Of a stretch of DNA of 24,000 nt, positions 7,786 to 17,173 are shown piece after piece. Below the pieces are notes generated by a model that did no database searches, was not told the DNA's origin, and saw nothing but the letters and a program-made list of their open reading frames with translations. Within the stretch, counting starts at the first letter, position 1. Every line of letters starts with the position of its first letter. The position numbers and the translations under genes are program-made. Where the stretch lies: NCBI GenBank assembly GCA_963728405.1, contig CAVSJV010000007.1:278764-302763 (forward strand), given 5' to 3'. The DNA is from Methanomassiliicoccaceae archaeon. Its GTDB lineage: Archaea; Thermoplasmatota; Thermoplasmata; Methanomassiliicoccales; Methanomassiliicoccaceae.

Positions 7786-8832
7786 ATGAATGTCGAAGAG
7801 AGATTTAGCTTGCTGGCGAGGAATACTGAGGAGATCGTGACGGAAGAGGAGCTGAAGAAGCTCCTTGCTGACAACCCCTCGCCCCGGAGTTATATCGGCT
7901 TCGAGCCTTCAGGTCTCGTTCACCTTGGCTGGGTCATCTGCGCGAACAAGGTGAAGGATTTCGTGGACGCCGGTTTCGAAATCACCATCTTCTTTGCCGA
8001 TTGGCACGCTTACATCAACGACAAACTGGGTGGTGACATCGAGAGGATACGCACCTGCGCCCGCTACATGGAGGACTGCTTCGAGGCTCTGGGTGTCCCC
8101 CGCGATAAGGTCAAGTTCGTGTTGGCTTCAGAGATCATGGATGGCATTGACTATTGGGAGAAGGTCATGAAGGTGGGCAAGGTCACCTCGTTGTCCCGGA
8201 TCAAGCGGGCCATGACCATCATGGGGCGCAAGGAGGACGATGCCGAGCTGGACTCCTCCAAATTCCTTTACCCCCTGATGCAGGCTACGGACATCTTCAT
8301 GATGGACATTGATGTCGCCTACTCCGGGATCGACCAGAGGCGCGCCCATATGCTGGCGAGGGAAGCCGGGGAGAAGCTGCATTGGAAGGTCCCTATCGCT
8401 CTGCACACGCCCCTACTACCTGGCCTAAAGGGGGTCAACCGGATGGATCCGGTGGCCAATAAGATGTCCAAGTCCGATCCGGACAGCGGCATTCTGATCC
8501 ACGACACTCCGGAAGACATCGACCGAAAGATCAAGAAGGCATTCTGCCCACCAGAAGTGGAAGGTAACCCCCTTCTAGCAATCTGCAAGATGATCCTGTT
8601 CCAAAAGAGCCCCATGTTCGTGATCGATCGCCCAGAGAAGTTCGGAGGAAAGCTGGAGTTCCATTCGTACGAGGATTTGGAGACGACATACAAGGCCGGA
8701 AAGCTCCACCCCATGGACCTGAAGGGCGGAGTAGCCAAGGCCCTCAGCGATCAGCTTGGTCCGGCCAGGGCGTATTTCGAACAGCATCCCGAAAACCTCA
8801 TGGCGATGAAGCGGTCGATCGGTCTCGTCTAA
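7786..8832 (+). CDS. tyrS: Tyrosyl-tRNA synthetase (archaeal type)
   Basis: Class I motifs: HIGH-like FEPSGLVHLGW, YPLMQATD and KMSKS. GGGAGG lies 8 nt upstream of ATG 7786, and a TATA-like TTTATAA lies near 7753-7760. Confidence 0.9.
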   Translation: MNVEERFSLLARNTEEIVTEEELKKLLADNPSPRSYIGFEPSGLVHLGWVICANKVKDFVDAGFEITIFFADWHAYINDKLGGDIERIRTCARYMEDCFEALGVPRDKVKFVLASEIMDGIDYWEKVMKVGKVTSLSRIKRAMTIMGRKEDDAELDSSKFLYPLMQATDIFMMDIDVAYSGIDQRRAHMLAREAGEKLHWKVPIALHTPLLPGLKGVNRMDPVANKMSKSDPDSGILIHDTPEDIDRKIKKAFCPPEVEGNPLLAICKMILFQKSPMFVIDRPEKFGGKLEFHSYEDLETTYKAGKLHPMDLKGGVAKALSDQLGPARAYFEQHPENLMAMKRSIGLV

Positions 8833-8914
8833 TCCTTTCCAAACCCTCACCTTTCCATCTTTTCAACTGTGACAGATGTCCGACAGGGCCATTTTTCGCA
8901 ATAATTAAATGTAT

Positions 8915-8926
8915 GCAAGTACTTGC
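8915..8926. promoter_or_regulatory. Perfect 12-bp palindrome GCAAGTACTTGC, candidate TetR operator
   Basis: It sits between the TATA-like ATAATTAAAT (8901-8910) and the likely tetR start at 8934. Confidence 0.45.
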
Positions 8927-8933
8927 TTTCATT

Positions 8934-9587
8934 ATGCCGGACGGTGTAGCGGACGAATGCGATCCTTCATCGAGATCAAGAGAACGGATCCTGGACGCCG
9001 GCCTGAAAATTTTTGGTGAGAAGGGTTACGCCGGCGCCACCACCAAGGAGATCGCCCTTCGGGCTGGGGTGAATGAGGTCACTCTCTTCCGGACCTTTCA
9101 TAATAAAATGGGTCTTTTCGATGTTATAATCAAAGAACGTTTTCCAAAGGCCCAGTTGCTGAAGGAACTGCATTTCGACCGAGGTCTTGGGATGAGAACG
9201 GTTCTGGTGGAGAACTCATTGCGTCTTTTAAACATCCTTCACGCCAATCGAGACCTGGTCAGGATGGTGGTTCTTGATCTACCCCGACGGGGAGGGGCGA
9301 CCCTCGTTGATCCCATATCAACTGCCTTCATCGGGCCACTGAGCGGCTATTTTGCCTCTCAATCGGAGGCAGACATGGTGCGCGATATCGAACCTGAGAT
9401 GGCGGCGGAGATCCTTTATGGCACCCTACGCTCGTTCTTCATCGACCATTATCTGTTCCATGATGCGGCCCCTGAGCCATCCTGCGACCATCGTTTCATC
9501 AATACGGCGGTGGACCTCTATATTGATGGGATCGGCAGAGTGGGGAGCGAAGAACATCAAAAGCCTGGTCGAAAAAGGCCTAGATGA
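8934..9587 (+). CDS. TetR/AcrR family transcriptional regulator
   Basis: N-terminal HTH: RERILDAGLKIFGEKGYAGATTKEIALRAGVNEVTLFRTFHNK. The start is chosen downstream of the TATA and palindrome, so the mRNA is probably leaderless. The longest ORF starts at 8913. Confidence 0.85.
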   Translation: MPDGVADECDPSSRSRERILDAGLKIFGEKGYAGATTKEIALRAGVNEVTLFRTFHNKMGLFDVIIKERFPKAQLLKELHFDRGLGMRTVLVENSLRLLNILHANRDLVRMVVLDLPRRGGATLVDPISTAFIGPLSGYFASQSEADMVRDIEPEMAAEILYGTLRSFFIDHYLFHDAAPEPSCDHRFINTAVDLYIDGIGRVGSEEHQKPGRKRPR

Positions 9588-9696
9588 TATTCTGGACGTC
9601 GTTATCAGCTTCAGTATTGAAATCAATTTATTAAAGTAGCTCTTTGCCAATTTTCGACAACTGACCGTTCGACGGCCACTAGGGATTGCATTGTCA

Positions 9697-10716
9697 ATGG
9701 AGAATTCGATTAACACTAGGATTCCGCTGGAGATACTTTCCTTCTTCTCCAACCCCGGAGGGCATTCTCTGATCATCCGGGGCGATGCAGGCACCGGAAA
9801 GACCACCTTGGCTCTCCAATTGATCGAGGAGCTGGCTCAATACCACAACAGTCATTACTACTCTACCCGAGTGTCGGATTTCCTCCTACTGGTCCAGTTC
9901 CCCTGGTTAGGGGTGAAGCTATATGGTCGAGAGTATGACGAGTATGTACGGACCCAAGCTCCCTGGCTCATCGGGGAGGGTGACCCGAACATGGCCCACG
10001 TCAATCCTGGCGATATCCGGGACCATGATGATGGTCTGAAGAAGCTGGTAGATATCTACCGGAACGGGGTGAGCCTACTCCACAATGACGATGCCGCTTC
10101 GATAGATGATGTTCGGAAGGTCTACGATGTGGTGAAGGCATCCCTTCCGGTCCGATCTCTCATCGTCATCGATTCCCTCGACGCTTTGGCCGATAAGTAT
10201 GGGCTGAGCAACGCAGTTTTCATCAATGCGATCCAGAAGGACCTGGTAGAGGGTTACGGGGCCAATGTCATCTTCATCTTCGAGAACAACGAAAGGGCGT
10301 TGGACTACCTGGCCGATGGCGTGGCCATGCTATCTTATCACGAGCACAACAGCCGGGCGGTCCGCCAGATCAAGGTACAAAAGCTCCGGGGCTGCGAGAT
10401 CAAGCAGGCGCGATATCTTTTCACCTTAAAGGGCGGCCGGGTCCAGAGCTTCGGGAACGTCGACTCCATGGATGTCACCCCATTCAAGGAATGGGTGCCG
10501 TTATTGGACCAACGCGGAAGGATATCCTCGGGGATCATCGACCTGGATCGTTTGATGAAGGGGGGCTTTGCTCCCGGCTCGGTCGTCCTTATCGAGCTGG
10601 GGAACAACATCCCCTCGGAGATCATCAGCGTGCTGGAGCAATCGACCATCGCCAACTTCGCCTCCCAGCGCCGCGGGGTGATCTGGCTGCCCATGAAGCA
10701 GGTGAGTGCGGAGCAC
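9697..10716 (+). CDS. KaiC/RecA-superfamily (GvpD-like) ATPase, N-terminal part (frame interrupted)
   Basis: Walker A GDAGTGKTTLALQ and Walker B-like LIVIDSLDAL. A second KaiC-like domain (ISSGIIDLDRLMKGGFAPGSVVLIELGNNIP) lacks a P-loop. After ...KQVSAEH the called frame becomes Arg/Pro-rich junk up to 10842. Confidence 0.75.
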
Positions 10717-10717
10717 A

Positions 10718-11200
10718 GTTCGGAACCAGATGTCGGCGGCCGTTCACCCGAACCTCTTCGACGAGTGTGTCCGGATTCCCGAGCAGGCCTTCCAGACCGA
10801 ACCGACCCGCTCAAACTATATCTTCCACGTCGAGGGCTCTGACGCCGGGGCCGACCTCAAATGGGACACCATTACATATTCCCTGAAATCTGCGGACATG
10901 CCCTATCTGACCATGCTAGGGTTCGATACCCTGGAATCAATCTATGGTGAATCGGTGATGGAGCATCTCACCGAACATATCGCCGCCATGAAGCGCAACG
11001 GCGGGGTGTTCATGGCCATGACATCTCCTTCCACCCGCTCAACTAAGAAGTTGATCGACCTCTCCACCATTCACCTTAAACTGGAGCGTATCGACGGCGT
11101 CCTAGTGTTGTATGGTGAGGAGCCCTACACCGAGTGCAACGCTCTCTCCTTGGAACCTCGGGAACGGGGCGGGTGTCTATCTCTGACTCCCGTGGTATGA
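10718..11200 (+). CDS. KaiC/GvpD-like ATPase, C-terminal part in the +1 frame
   Basis: The +1 frame reads VRNQMSAAVHPNLFDECVRIPEQAF...FMAMTSPSTRSTKKLIDLSTIHLKLERIDGVLVLYG, a protein-like continuation of the second domain. The frame-2 stop at 10703-10705 forces the junction to lie after 10705. Confidence 0.65.
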   Translation, partial: VRNQMSAAVHPNLFDECVRIPEQAFQTEPTRSNYIFHVEGSDAGADLKWDTITYSLKSADMPYLTMLGFDTLESIYGESVMEHLTEHIAAMKRNGGVFMAMTSPSTRSTKKLIDLSTIHLKLERIDGVLVLYGEEPYTECNALSLEPRERGGCLSLTPVV

Positions 11201-11228
11201 AGGAGCTACCGTCAGCTTTTTGTCGGTA

Positions 11229-11954
11229 ATGACCATCAATGTATCGATGGCCATCCGCACCGTCCTGGTTGACCTTGGAGGTACCCTCATTGACTTCTTC
11301 GGCACCGGCAACGCCGCCCAGATGGTGCCGATCTCACTGCGCGCGGTCCGCAATGAATTGTTCGTTCGTGATTCAACCACTCCCTCTCTCGCCGAACTCG
11401 AAGATCGATGGTCCTATCGAAAAAGAGATCCAACGGACCTGATGGTCCTTCCCCTGGAGGATCGACTGGCGTTCGTGTTCAAGATCGAACCTCATGACCA
11501 TGCTGCCCTTGAGCGGGCTGGCCGGGCGTTCATGCGGCCGCTGTTCGTTCAGGCCAGGTTATTCGAGGATGCCGTGCCGTTCCTCCAAAACCTGCGATCC
11601 CGGGACCTCAGGGTCGTCCTGGTGTCCAACACCACCTGGGGCAGCCCCGCCCACCTGTGGAGGGAGGAGCTCATCAGGCACAAGCTGGATGGCTACTTTG
11701 ACGGAACGGTGTTCTGCCGAGACGTCGGCTGGAGGAAGCCAGACCCGCGGATATTCCAATTCGCCTTGGCAAAGGCCGGGGCGAGGCCTTCGGAGTGCCT
11801 CTTTGTGGGCGATGACCCGGTTTGGGACGTGGAAGGGCCATCGCGCCTGGGCATGACCTCAGTCCTTCTAGATCGTCGATTGGAATGGGCCGGTCAACGG
11901 TTCGAACGAATAACCAACTTGAACGATATCGTCGAGCAAGGGATGCTGGACTGA
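11229..11954 (+). CDS. HAD-superfamily hydrolase (subfamily IA-like)
   Basis: Motif I VDLGGTL, motif II VLVSNT, a Lys in GWRKPDP, and motif IV FVGDDPVWDVEG. Alternative starts at 11220 (TTG) and 11247. Confidence 0.8.
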   Translation: MTINVSMAIRTVLVDLGGTLIDFFGTGNAAQMVPISLRAVRNELFVRDSTTPSLAELEDRWSYRKRDPTDLMVLPLEDRLAFVFKIEPHDHAALERAGRAFMRPLFVQARLFEDAVPFLQNLRSRDLRVVLVSNTTWGSPAHLWREELIRHKLDGYFDGTVFCRDVGWRKPDPRIFQFALAKAGARPSECLFVGDDPVWDVEGPSRLGMTSVLLDRRLEWAGQRFERITNLNDIVEQGMLD

Positions 11955-11957
11955 GGA

Positions 11958-12980
11958 TCACGCACGTCCCTGGATCTGCCTGAACAGGCTCATGGACTTT
12001 GAGATACAGATATTGAGCAGAGCCTCGACGTCTCCGGTGCCGGAAAGGCCAGCCGCGCCGGCATGCCCTCCTCCACTGCTGGAGGTCTCTCCCCCCACTT
12101 GGTCCAGGAGCTTCCCGAGGTGTAATCCCTTGCGGACCAGGTCCTGTCGGGCCCTCGCACTTATCCTGAACTTCTCGTCGCGCTGCGAGCCCACGAACGC
12201 TACGTCCGCACCAACCCCCAACAGCGCTTTGCACACCGAACTCTCGTGAGAGCTGCCCAGGGAGATGGCTACGATGTAATCGCCCAGCCGTTCGAATCTC
12301 ATCCGCTGGGCGCCCTTCAGCTGAGAGATGCGCTCCGAAACATCTGGCTCCAGATCGGTGAGGTCCATAACCTCGTCCATGTTGATCTGCGATGCTTCCA
12401 ACAGCTCGGAGAACGATCGTAGCATCGCGGAGTTGGCGAATCGGAAGTGACCGCTATCAGTCAACATGCCGGCCGCCAGAGCCAGACCGATCTCCCGGTC
12501 CATTCTTGTGCCCGCGACCTTGAGCAGTTCGAAAACGATCTCGGCGCAGCTTCGTCGGCTGTCGTCGCAATAGAACAGGCTGCCATCCCAATCACCGCTA
12601 CGAGCATGATGATCGATGACCACTAGGTTCCGGCCGGAGACGTCGATCCCGATCTGGTCCTTGGAGGACGAGTCTACCGCCACGATCGTATCATAATCAT
12701 CCAGGTTGACGAAGGTCTTGACCTCGAAAACCAGCTTGGTCGATACGACCTTGGCCATGCGGTCCAAGCCTCCGACCGCTGCTATCGTCACATCGGGAAA
12801 AGCGCGATGGATGGCGTAGGCGCAGCCCAGGGCGTCCGGATCAGCGTTTCCGTGCAGGAGGACCACCTTTCTTCCTTCCTTGAGCTTCTGGGCTATCTCA
12901 ACGAGCATTATCCTGCCAGTATGTTCGGTCCATATATGCATGTTTCTAGCGTTGCCAAATTGTTCGAGAGCTCGGCCCAT
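11958..12980 (-). CDS. DHH/DHHA1 family phosphoesterase (NrnA-like)
   Basis: HGNADPDALG, VIDHHA and the DHHA1 motif GGGHAGAAG. The start is uncertain (12980, 12941 or 12908). Confidence 0.85.
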   Translation of the reverse strand: MGRALEQFGNARNMHIWTEHTGRIMLVEIAQKLKEGRKVVLLHGNADPDALGCAYAIHRAFPDVTIAAVGGLDRMAKVVSTKLVFEVKTFVNLDDYDTIVAVDSSSKDQIGIDVSGRNLVVIDHHARSGDWDGSLFYCDDSRRSCAEIVFELLKVAGTRMDREIGLALAAGMLTDSGHFRFANSAMLRSFSELLEASQINMDEVMDLTDLEPDVSERISQLKGAQRMRFERLGDYIVAISLGSSHESSVCKALLGVGADVAFVGSQRDEKFRISARARQDLVRKGLHLGKLLDQVGGETSSSGGGHAGAAGLSGTGDVEALLNICISKSMSLFRQIQGRA

Positions 12981-13652
12981 TCTTTGATGGGCTCATTGAT
13001 CCGAGCGTATCGTAGGGTCAGTTCGATGGTGGTTCCCTGGCGGGGCGAAGGCACTCGGTCAGGGGCCCTGAAGCCAGTTGTGCCGATGGGCATGCTTCCC
13101 CCTCTCCTGCACTACTGATGTGGTCCGTCAACCCCCATCGTCACCAGATCAGCATGGCCCCGGCCCCTGAACGGGTAACAGGACTTGTGCAGGGGAGGCC
13201 CGATTCCAGCAATCGTTTCCTTCCCGAACTCTCTTCAATCCTGAAGTCGCTTCACCTCACGATCATCTCCCGATCTCAATCCTCGAGCGTACTGGAGGAA
13301 TGCCCTCCTCTTCTAAAACAGTTAGAATGGCACCTGGGGAGATTTCCGATTACGAGGTGCCAATGCTCTCTAACGAGTAGAGGGCGCCCATCTGCCACCG
13401 GATCTTCACATGATGGCAGGTGCTGTGGATGAGGACATCAACAAGGGCACCGCTCATACTGGGACCTCGATTGAACGGGGCCGGTAGGATTTGCGCCTGG
13501 ACACCCCACTGGGCCTCGGCAACATGGGTCCGGAATGTGAACGGCTTGCCTGGTCAGAACGTCTGATCTTGAACCATCAGGCCCTGTCCGCATCAATCGT
13601 CACATGGCCTGGAACTGGCCACACCCTCAGGCATGTTTCGGATTGTTGATAG

Positions 13653-13657
13653 AAAAA
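13653..13657 (-). terminator. Oligo-T tract after pfdB
   Basis: T5 on the minus strand about 60 nt after the pfdB stop, preceded by a CCGGG-GCAA-CCCGG hairpin (13687-13700). Confidence 0.35.
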
Positions 13658-13715
13658 TAGTGCTCTAGGATGGGGTTTCAGGTCCTCCGGGTTGCCCCGG
13701 AAGGTTCGGGTTTGC

Positions 13716-14120
13716 TTAATCGTCAAGCGGCGAAGGCCTAGACATCGGGACGATGGGTCCGGTACCTGCGTTGGCGCCGGCAGACAAGGCCTTGTTGAGC
13801 TGGTCCTGAAGCACCTGATAGCGGTCCTTAAGTGACTTTTCCTGTCTTTCTAGGGTCTTAACGCGGACCTCCATAGTCTCCTTGTCATCCTCGATCTCCT
13901 TCAGCACGGCGGCCTTGCTCTCCGCCTTGATGAGGAGGGATCCGACAGACTTGTAGATGACCACATCCTCGGGGGACCTGTTCAGTTCCTCCGTGGTGCG
14001 CTGCATCTCCTTGACCTGGGCGTCCATCTGGAACTTCTGGTTGAGTACTGCCTGCAACTGTTGCTGGAGCTGCTGGAACTGAGCGATCTGGTTCTGGACC
14101 TTGGGGCTCAAATCATCCAT
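13716..14120 (-). CDS. pfdB: Prefoldin beta subunit
   Basis: Coiled-coil / beta-hairpin / coiled-coil layout (QIAQFQQLQQQLQ...VIYKSVGSLLIK...LERQEKSLKDRYQVLQ). AGGTGA lies 6 nt before ATG 14120, which overlaps the pcc1 stop. A GTG alternative exists at 14129. Confidence 0.85.
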   Translation of the reverse strand: MDDLSPKVQNQIAQFQQLQQQLQAVLNQKFQMDAQVKEMQRTTEELNRSPEDVVIYKSVGSLLIKAESKAAVLKEIEDDKETMEVRVKTLERQEKSLKDRYQVLQDQLNKALSAGANAGTGPIVPMSRPSPLDD

Positions 14121-14355
14121 GTTGTTCACCTACCATATTGCCGATCTCTTCCGAGATCCTTATCCACCTGAGATATGAGTTGAGGGCGGCTCGGAGGGCG
14201 CCGAGGTCAGATGCCTCGACGTCCAACACGATCTCCCCGTCGCCGGGAGTGATCTTTACTCTCGAACGAGGGATCTCTCTTCCCACTTCTGGGAAGAGGG
14301 CGCCCCATATGGCTTTACTGTGCGGGGTGGCCACGCGAAGGGTTGCCCGAGGCAT
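14113..14355 (-). CDS. pcc1: KEOPS complex subunit Pcc1
   Basis: 80 aa from ATG 14355. ...ALFPEVG...VLDVEASDLGALRAALNSYLRWIRISEEI matches the Pcc1/CTAG pattern. The position between rpoP and pfdB is the conserved one. Confidence 0.7.
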   Translation of the reverse strand: MPRATLRVATPHSKAIWGALFPEVGREIPRSRVKITPGDGEIVLDVEASDLGALRAALNSYLRWIRISEEIGNMVGEQHG

Positions 14356-14359
14356 CCCT

Positions 14360-14494
14360 TCACCGGGCTTTAATGACCTTCTTAACGTTGGGTCGTTCCT
14401 TGTAGAAGATCTTGGAACCACACTTCTCGCACTGAATGCCTACGGTGTTGACATTGGAGCGAATGGGCTCGTTGCAGCTCCCGCACTTGTACAT
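14360..14494 (-). CDS. rpoP: DNA-directed RNA polymerase subunit P (Rpo12)
   Basis: 44-aa zinc ribbon not listed in the ORF track: MYKCGSCNEPIRSNVNTVGIQCEKCGSKIFYKERPNVKKVIKAR. It has CxxC...CxxC, and it starts 2 nt after the rpl37ae stop. Confidence 0.8.
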   Translation of the reverse strand: MYKCGSCNEPIRSNVNTVGIQCEKCGSKIFYKERPNVKKVIKAR

Positions 14495-14496
14495 GC

Positions 14497-14799
14497 TCAG
14501 TCACCCCTGTTGGGGACGATGACTTCGCTTTCGACCTTGGCGGCCTGGGCTGCTTGGAACTCTTCCGAGGTCTCTTTCTTTGAGATGGGGGAGTAGGCAC
14601 CAGCGGCGAACTTGGCGTCGCACTTGCTGCACTGCCATATGCCGCTGCTGATCCTGGATACGCTGTTCCTGTGGCAAGCGGGGCACTCGTGGTCCGCGTT
14701 CCTCATCTTGTCGATGTCCCGGACGCGGTTTCTTACCACTACACCATAGCGTGCGCCGAACCTTCCCGAGCTTCCTGCCTTCTCTGTTGACTTGGACAT
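14497..14799 (-). CDS. rpl37ae: 50S ribosomal protein L37Ae (eL43)
   Basis: GRFGARYG plus the zinc ribbon CPACH...GIWQCSKCDAKFAAGAY. Alternative starts at 14805 and 14808. Confidence 0.9.
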   Translation of the reverse strand: MSKSTEKAGSSGRFGARYGVVVRNRVRDIDKMRNADHECPACHRNSVSRISSGIWQCSKCDAKFAAGAYSPISKKETSEEFQAAQAAKVESEVIVPNRGD

Positions 14800-14804
14800 T
14801 ACCA

Positions 14805-15578
14805 TCACCCTATGAGGTTTCTGAGGTCCTTGCTCACGCGCAGGGACGCATCGATCACTTGTCTGACCTCGTCCAGCGTGAAAGCGCCGGCGAGTCCCTT
14901 CTGCATTGCCCGTAGGTCACCGTTCTCATCAGTAGTGACCGTCAGGCGAGCATCCGCGACCTTCTCTTCGTCGAGAGTCGGGTCAAACAATATAGAGTTT
15001 TCTATCTTCACCGCAGTGGTCTGAATGGGTAGGTGGCGGAGGGGCAATGGATAATCCTCGCCTTTGCCGCTCTCCTTGGCCGGGACCGTGGTGGTCTTGA
15101 GCGCGGCGATGGCGCCGAGGAAACAGGCATCAAAGAGGTTGCCGTCATAATCCAGGACATAGATATCCAGGAAGTTGATCCAGACCTCTTCGCCGCGCTT
15201 GATGCACAGTGCCTGCAGGTCGATCATCTCGCTCTCGCGGATGCCCCTGTCGATGACCCTGGCCAGCTCGATCGCGCCTGCATCTGGTGGACCGGCCTCG
15301 AAGGTCGGGGATGCCAGCGGGATGAGCTCGGTGTTGGTGGTGAGCACGCCCCTATCCGGGGTGTCCGCGAAGGGGGCCCCCACGACCATCTTCACGCCAA
15401 CAAGGACGTCGGTGTTGCCGAGGCGAACCCGGGCGGAACCCTGTGCGCTCTCGATGTAGTTGGTTTCGATGCTGATCTTGCGGTACTCATCCAGGGCGCG
15501 TCCATCAACACGCTTGCCGGTCGATAACAGCTTATGGATATGCCCTTTCTTGATCTCGGACATGACTGGTTCAGACAT
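14805..15578 (-). CDS. rrp42: Exosome complex component Rrp42 (RNase PH-like, non-catalytic)
   Basis: 257-aa RNase PH fold (RVDGRALDEYR..., GSARVRLGNTDVLVGV). GGAGG lies 7 nt upstream, and the gene follows rrp41. Confidence 0.9.
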   Translation of the reverse strand: MSEPVMSEIKKGHIHKLLSTGKRVDGRALDEYRKISIETNYIESAQGSARVRLGNTDVLVGVKMVVGAPFADTPDRGVLTTNTELIPLASPTFEAGPPDAGAIELARVIDRGIRESEMIDLQALCIKRGEEVWINFLDIYVLDYDGNLFDACFLGAIAALKTTTVPAKESGKGEDYPLPLRHLPIQTTAVKIENSILFDPTLDEEKVADARLTVTTDENGDLRAMQKGLAGAFTLDEVRQVIDASLRVSKDLRNLIG

Positions 15579-15580
15579 GT

Positions 15581-16360
15581 TCAGGCCTCCGATCCGTTGT
15601 CCTGAGCGACATCATCTTCGATATCTCCACTCCCACCTTGGATGGCGTAGCGGCGGCGGAGGGCGTCCTTCTGGACGTCATAGACCATCTGGCACGCCTT
15701 CTTGCCATATTCGAGGGCCTGTTCGAACTCCTTCATGGTCAGATGACCATCCATCTGCAAGAGCAATACTTCCCCGGTCCGGGGAATCATGGCGATGGGT
15801 AGGTCCGCGTTCCCGAAGTTGTCCTCTTCCTTGTTGAGATCCAACACGATCTGACCGTCCGCCTTTCCGATGGCGACGGCAGGCACGAGATCCTTCATCG
15901 GAATCCCCGCATCGGCCAAGGCAACGGATGCGGCGGTAAGCCCAGCGCACCTGGTACCCGCGTTGGCCTGCAGTACCTCGATGTAGACATCGATGGAGGT
16001 GCGGGGGTAGTTCTCGGTGAAGACCACGTATTCGAGCGCCTCTGAGATGATCTTGGAAATCTCGATGGATCGGCGGTCCGGTCCTGGCCTCTTACGATCA
16101 GAGACTGAGAAGGAGATCATGTTGTACTTGCACTGGACGATGGCCTTGGCAGGATTCTGCATGTGGCGGGGGTGACATTCTCTCGGGCCGTAGACTGCGG
16201 CCAGGACCTTGTTCTTGCCCCACTCGACATACGCCGAGCCATCGGCCCTCTTCAGTACTCCGGCCTCTATTCTTAATGGCCGGATCTCGTCCACCTTCCT
16301 ACCATCTATGCGTATTCCATTGTCATCTATCAGATCAATATCAGTCGTCATTCCAGACAT
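15581..16360 (-). CDS. rrp41: Exosome complex exonuclease Rrp41 (RNase PH-like, catalytic)
   Basis: [13 protein letters not shown]...[23 protein letters not shown] and the phosphate-site region. ATG 16360 is preceded by GAGGTGA. A GTG alternative exists at 16369. Confidence 0.92.
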   Translation of the reverse strand: MSGMTTDIDLIDDNGIRIDGRKVDEIRPLRIEAGVLKRADGSAYVEWGKNKVLAAVYGPRECHPRHMQNPAKAIVQCKYNMISFSVSDRKRPGPDRRSIEISKIISEALEYVVFTENYPRTSIDVYIEVLQANAGTRCAGLTAASVALADAGIPMKDLVPAVAIGKADGQIVLDLNKEEDNFGNADLPIAMIPRTGEVLLLQMDGHLTMKEFEQALEYGKKACQMVYDVQKDALRRRYAIQGGSGDIEDDVAQDNGSEA

Positions 16361-16370
16361 GAACTTCACC

Positions 16371-17072
16371 TCACTCCGTCTTCGGCGCCGTCTGCGGGGA
16401 CACCGTTTCCAGGTACGCCTGCACCTTCTCAGTCAATCCAAAGGAGTGGGCGTCCTCTTCGATCATCTGGATGGCTTTGATGGCATGCATTATATTGTCG
16501 ACCTCACCATCGAGCCAGATCCTACCGTTCTGCCCTACAAAGATGCGACAGTTCGTATATCCTTTGATCATCTGGATCATCGAACCGCTCTTCCCTATGA
16601 TCCGGGGGACCTTGCTGTGGGAGATCTCAATTATCTGTCCTCCCTGTAGCTTCCTAAGGCCCTGGTCCTTCATTGTGACCTGCACCCTCATGGTCTCGTC
16701 CACCATGAGCACCTTCGCCAGGATCACATCACCCACGTTCATGTAGCGGGCGGTGTCCCCGAACTCGACCCTCCAAGGAACCTCGTTCACATGCAACGGG
16801 GCTGGATGGGGCGCATTGATGTCGATCAACCAGTTGGACGGGCCGATATCTTCGACCTTCCCGATGACGCTATCCCCCACGCAGGGGATGTAGCGGCCGC
16901 CCAATGGGATGATGTTCACATAGTTCGCTTTTACAGATTTAATGCCAAGGAGGGCGGCGTAGATCTTACCATCAGAAACATAGGTTCCCGCTCCTGGCTT
17001 TAATTTATCCCCATCCAGGAGATCACCGGGCATCACGATCTCCCTAGGTTGTCTCGACCCTTCACTGTTCAT
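16371..17072 (-). CDS. rrp4: Exosome complex RNA-binding subunit Rrp4 (S1 + KH)
   Basis: N-terminal domain, an S1 domain ([20 protein letters not shown]) and a KH domain ([12 protein letters not shown]). First gene of the rrp4-rrp41-rrp42 block. Confidence 0.9.
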   Translation of the reverse strand: MNSEGSRQPREIVMPGDLLDGDKLKPGAGTYVSDGKIYAALLGIKSVKANYVNIIPLGGRYIPCVGDSVIGKVEDIGPSNWLIDINAPHPAPLHVNEVPWRVEFGDTARYMNVGDVILAKVLMVDETMRVQVTMKDQGLRKLQGGQIIEISHSKVPRIIGKSGSMIQMIKGYTNCRIFVGQNGRIWLDGEVDNIMHAIKAIQMIEEDAHSFGLTEKVQAYLETVSPQTAPKTE

Positions 17073-17173
17073 ATTATATCTCCTTTGATACTAATACACG
17101 AATGCTCTACTCATCATTTCTTTTCTTAAATGCCTTTGCTCGGCGTAATATATCATATATCTTAAGAATTCGC

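Noticed and set aside
13118-13432. 104-aa plus-strand ORF in the GC-rich gap.
   Set aside because: It is Ser/Arg/Pro-rich and not protein-like. It is antisense to the more protein-like, but broken, minus-strand frames.
13529-13537. GUCCGGAA and nearby GGUCAG strings reminiscent of SRP RNA helix 8.
   Set aside because: The flanks do not give the conserved GGAAG-CAGCC / ACCAGG context or a closing helix on either strand.
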